Shown piece after piece: positions 61,990 to 64,000 of a DNA stretch of 64,000 bases (its first letter is position 1; each line of letters opens with the position of its first letter). Position numbers and translations under genes: made by a program. A model generated the notes under the pieces. The model did no database searches and was not told where the DNA came from. It saw only the letters and a list, made by a program, of their open reading frames with translations. This stretch comes from Geosiphon pyriformis uo1 (Eukaryota > Fungi > Glomeromycota): NCBI GenBank assembly GCA_016748015.1, contig JAAOMT010000439.1, positions 76,389 to 140,388 on the forward strand. Reading direction: 5' to 3'.

Positions 61990-64000
61990 TTAATAATTGT
62001 TTAAATAATTCAAACAATATAAAAATAATATTTTTTACATATTACTTAATATAAACTATATAACTAATTATTAGTTCTTTTATTTTCTATTTATTTTTAA
62101 AATTTTTTTAAAATATATTATTTGCTTATTTAATTAATCTTTAAAATTAAAAATATTTTGGATATTTATTTATAATATGAATAATTGGCTATATTTCTGT
62201 TAATTTTTTGATTATTTTAGCTGTAAACTCTTTTTTATTATTAATTTAAAAGATAGTTAGAAATTTGAATATAATAAAAAGTTGAAAAAAAAACTTGCTA
62301 CTTTTTTTGCTTTTTTAAAAAAAAGAATTGTAGTTCAAAAAAAATTTGTAAAATAATTTCAAACATAATAAATATATTTGTAAGAATTATTTGGTCAATT
62401 GTATATATTGACTAAATTTACTCATAAATAATACATAAAGTCTTTTGTTGAAATCAGATTTGTAGCTATTAGCTAAATTAAAAATTATTATTTAATATAT
62501 CTAATATAATAAAAACAAAACTGTTTTACTAAATTTTTAAATACTCAAATGTATTTATTTTTAATTTATCAATAAAAAATTATTAGTATTTATTTATATA
62601 AAAAATTAAATTAATATTATATTTTATATTATAAATTTTGTTTATTTTTTTATGTCTTATTTCTAAATAAAATTTACATAGTTTTTTATATAATTTTTTT
62701 TTTAAACAGATTGGTTTTTTTGTTTTTTTAAGATAAAATATATTTTGTTTTTCAACTTGTGTAATATAAAAAATAGTGTGTATTTAATATTTCAATTTAA
62801 AATTAAAGTTTTTTCTTTTAGAAATATTTTTTAATATCTTAATGTATTGGTTTATGTAATCTTAAAAAAACAAAGTTTTGGCTTGTTTTTTTACTTCTAA
62901 TTTTAAATAGTTTTTAAAAAAGTCAGAAAATGTTTTTTAAATAAGTTATTTATAATTTATTAATAATAAATAGTATTAAAAAGCTATAAAAAAATGTGTT
63001 AAATATTAAAATTTTGATTTTTTTAATTGATTAATAAAAGAAAAACTTTTTATTGGCCAATTGACCAAATAATATAATTGGTTAAGTTAATTCGGAATTA
63101 ACACAATATTAAATTAATAATTCAGAATTAATTCAAGTTGAATTAGAATTCCAAATCAACTTAAATTGATTCTGAATTAACTTAAATTCTGTTTCAACTT
63201 ATAACATATACAAGTATTACTTTGATTTTTTTGAAATTACAGAAACTTGATATTTATTGTTTTAAAAAAAGATTGTATAAGAAATCTAAGATTTTAAGTT
63301 TTAGATTAAATATAAAAAAAAAATTTCTTTTGAAAAAATTTAATTAAAGTTTTTGTTAAAATACAAAAAACATTAAAAAAATAAAAAAATCTTAGCAAGA
63401 TTCTTATAAAATATTTATTTGTTTAAAGATATTGTTTTATAAAAAAATTTTTTTGTTAAAATTAATAAAATTTTTTGATTTTAAGATCTTGTTTATAATT
63501 CTTTTAAAAATAAACAATCCAATACTTTACTTTCAATTAAAAATATGTTATTACTGGAAATTTATATAAAATAATTATTATTATTTGAATGTAAAAATTG
63601 CCAATTATTTCTTATTAAAAATGATCTTGTAGCATAAAATATTTTTAGAATATTTTGCACTTTAAGTTTTATTGAAAAATCAATTTTTTTACCAAACTTC
63701 TTAGATTTGTTAACAATAATTGGTCAATATTAATATTATAGTTAATTTTTTATTCAGCTACTATATATTAATTATACAGAATAATATTTTATTTTAAAAA
63801 CAAATTGTTGACTTGATTATTGACTGAGTTGTTTAAACTTTTTTAGAAAAATCTAATTAAAATAGTTTAAAATTTCCAAATGTCTTTCTTATTATTCTAA
63901 ATTTTATTTATTTCTTTTATTGAATAATTTACAATATTTAATTCAAAGCTCTTTTTTTCTTTTTTTATTATATGTTTTTACTTATTAGTTACAAATTTAA
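61990..64000. other. AT-rich decayed repeat DNA
   Basis: Extreme AT content and no ORFs. Confidence 0.6.

Overview
Eukaryotic, intron-rich fungal DNA. Short GT-AG introns, AT-rich intergenic DNA and the retroelement families point to Glomeromycotina/Mucoromycota, Geosiphon-like (inference, not verified). A central gene island (about 16.6-43.6 kb) holds importin beta (KAP95, about 23 exons), RPS1/eS1 and intronless lunapark. It also holds a 1091-aa protein with a variant GATA finger plus PHD finger, and a 183-aa six-exon gene missed by the ORF track that looks like a D-2-hydroxyacid dehydrogenase lacking its whole NAD-binding domain. Both flanks are retroelement graveyards. They contain two dUTPase-bearing Ty3/Gypsy elements, each nested in sense orientation in the RT-to-RNase H linker of an RNase H-bearing LINE, one young near-intact LINE with an 18-bp TSD, and near-pure AT wastelands. 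Top signals: (1) RIP-like, transition-only hypermutation of repeats (about 54 substitutions, no transversions, between sister LTRs by hand count); (2) a conserved ~270-aa unknown domain fused after the Gypsy integrase, together with repeated insertion into the same LINE region; (3) the NAD-domain-less dehydrogenase homolog; (4) a hairpin-loop micro-inversion between sister LTRs. All alignments and counts were done by eye.
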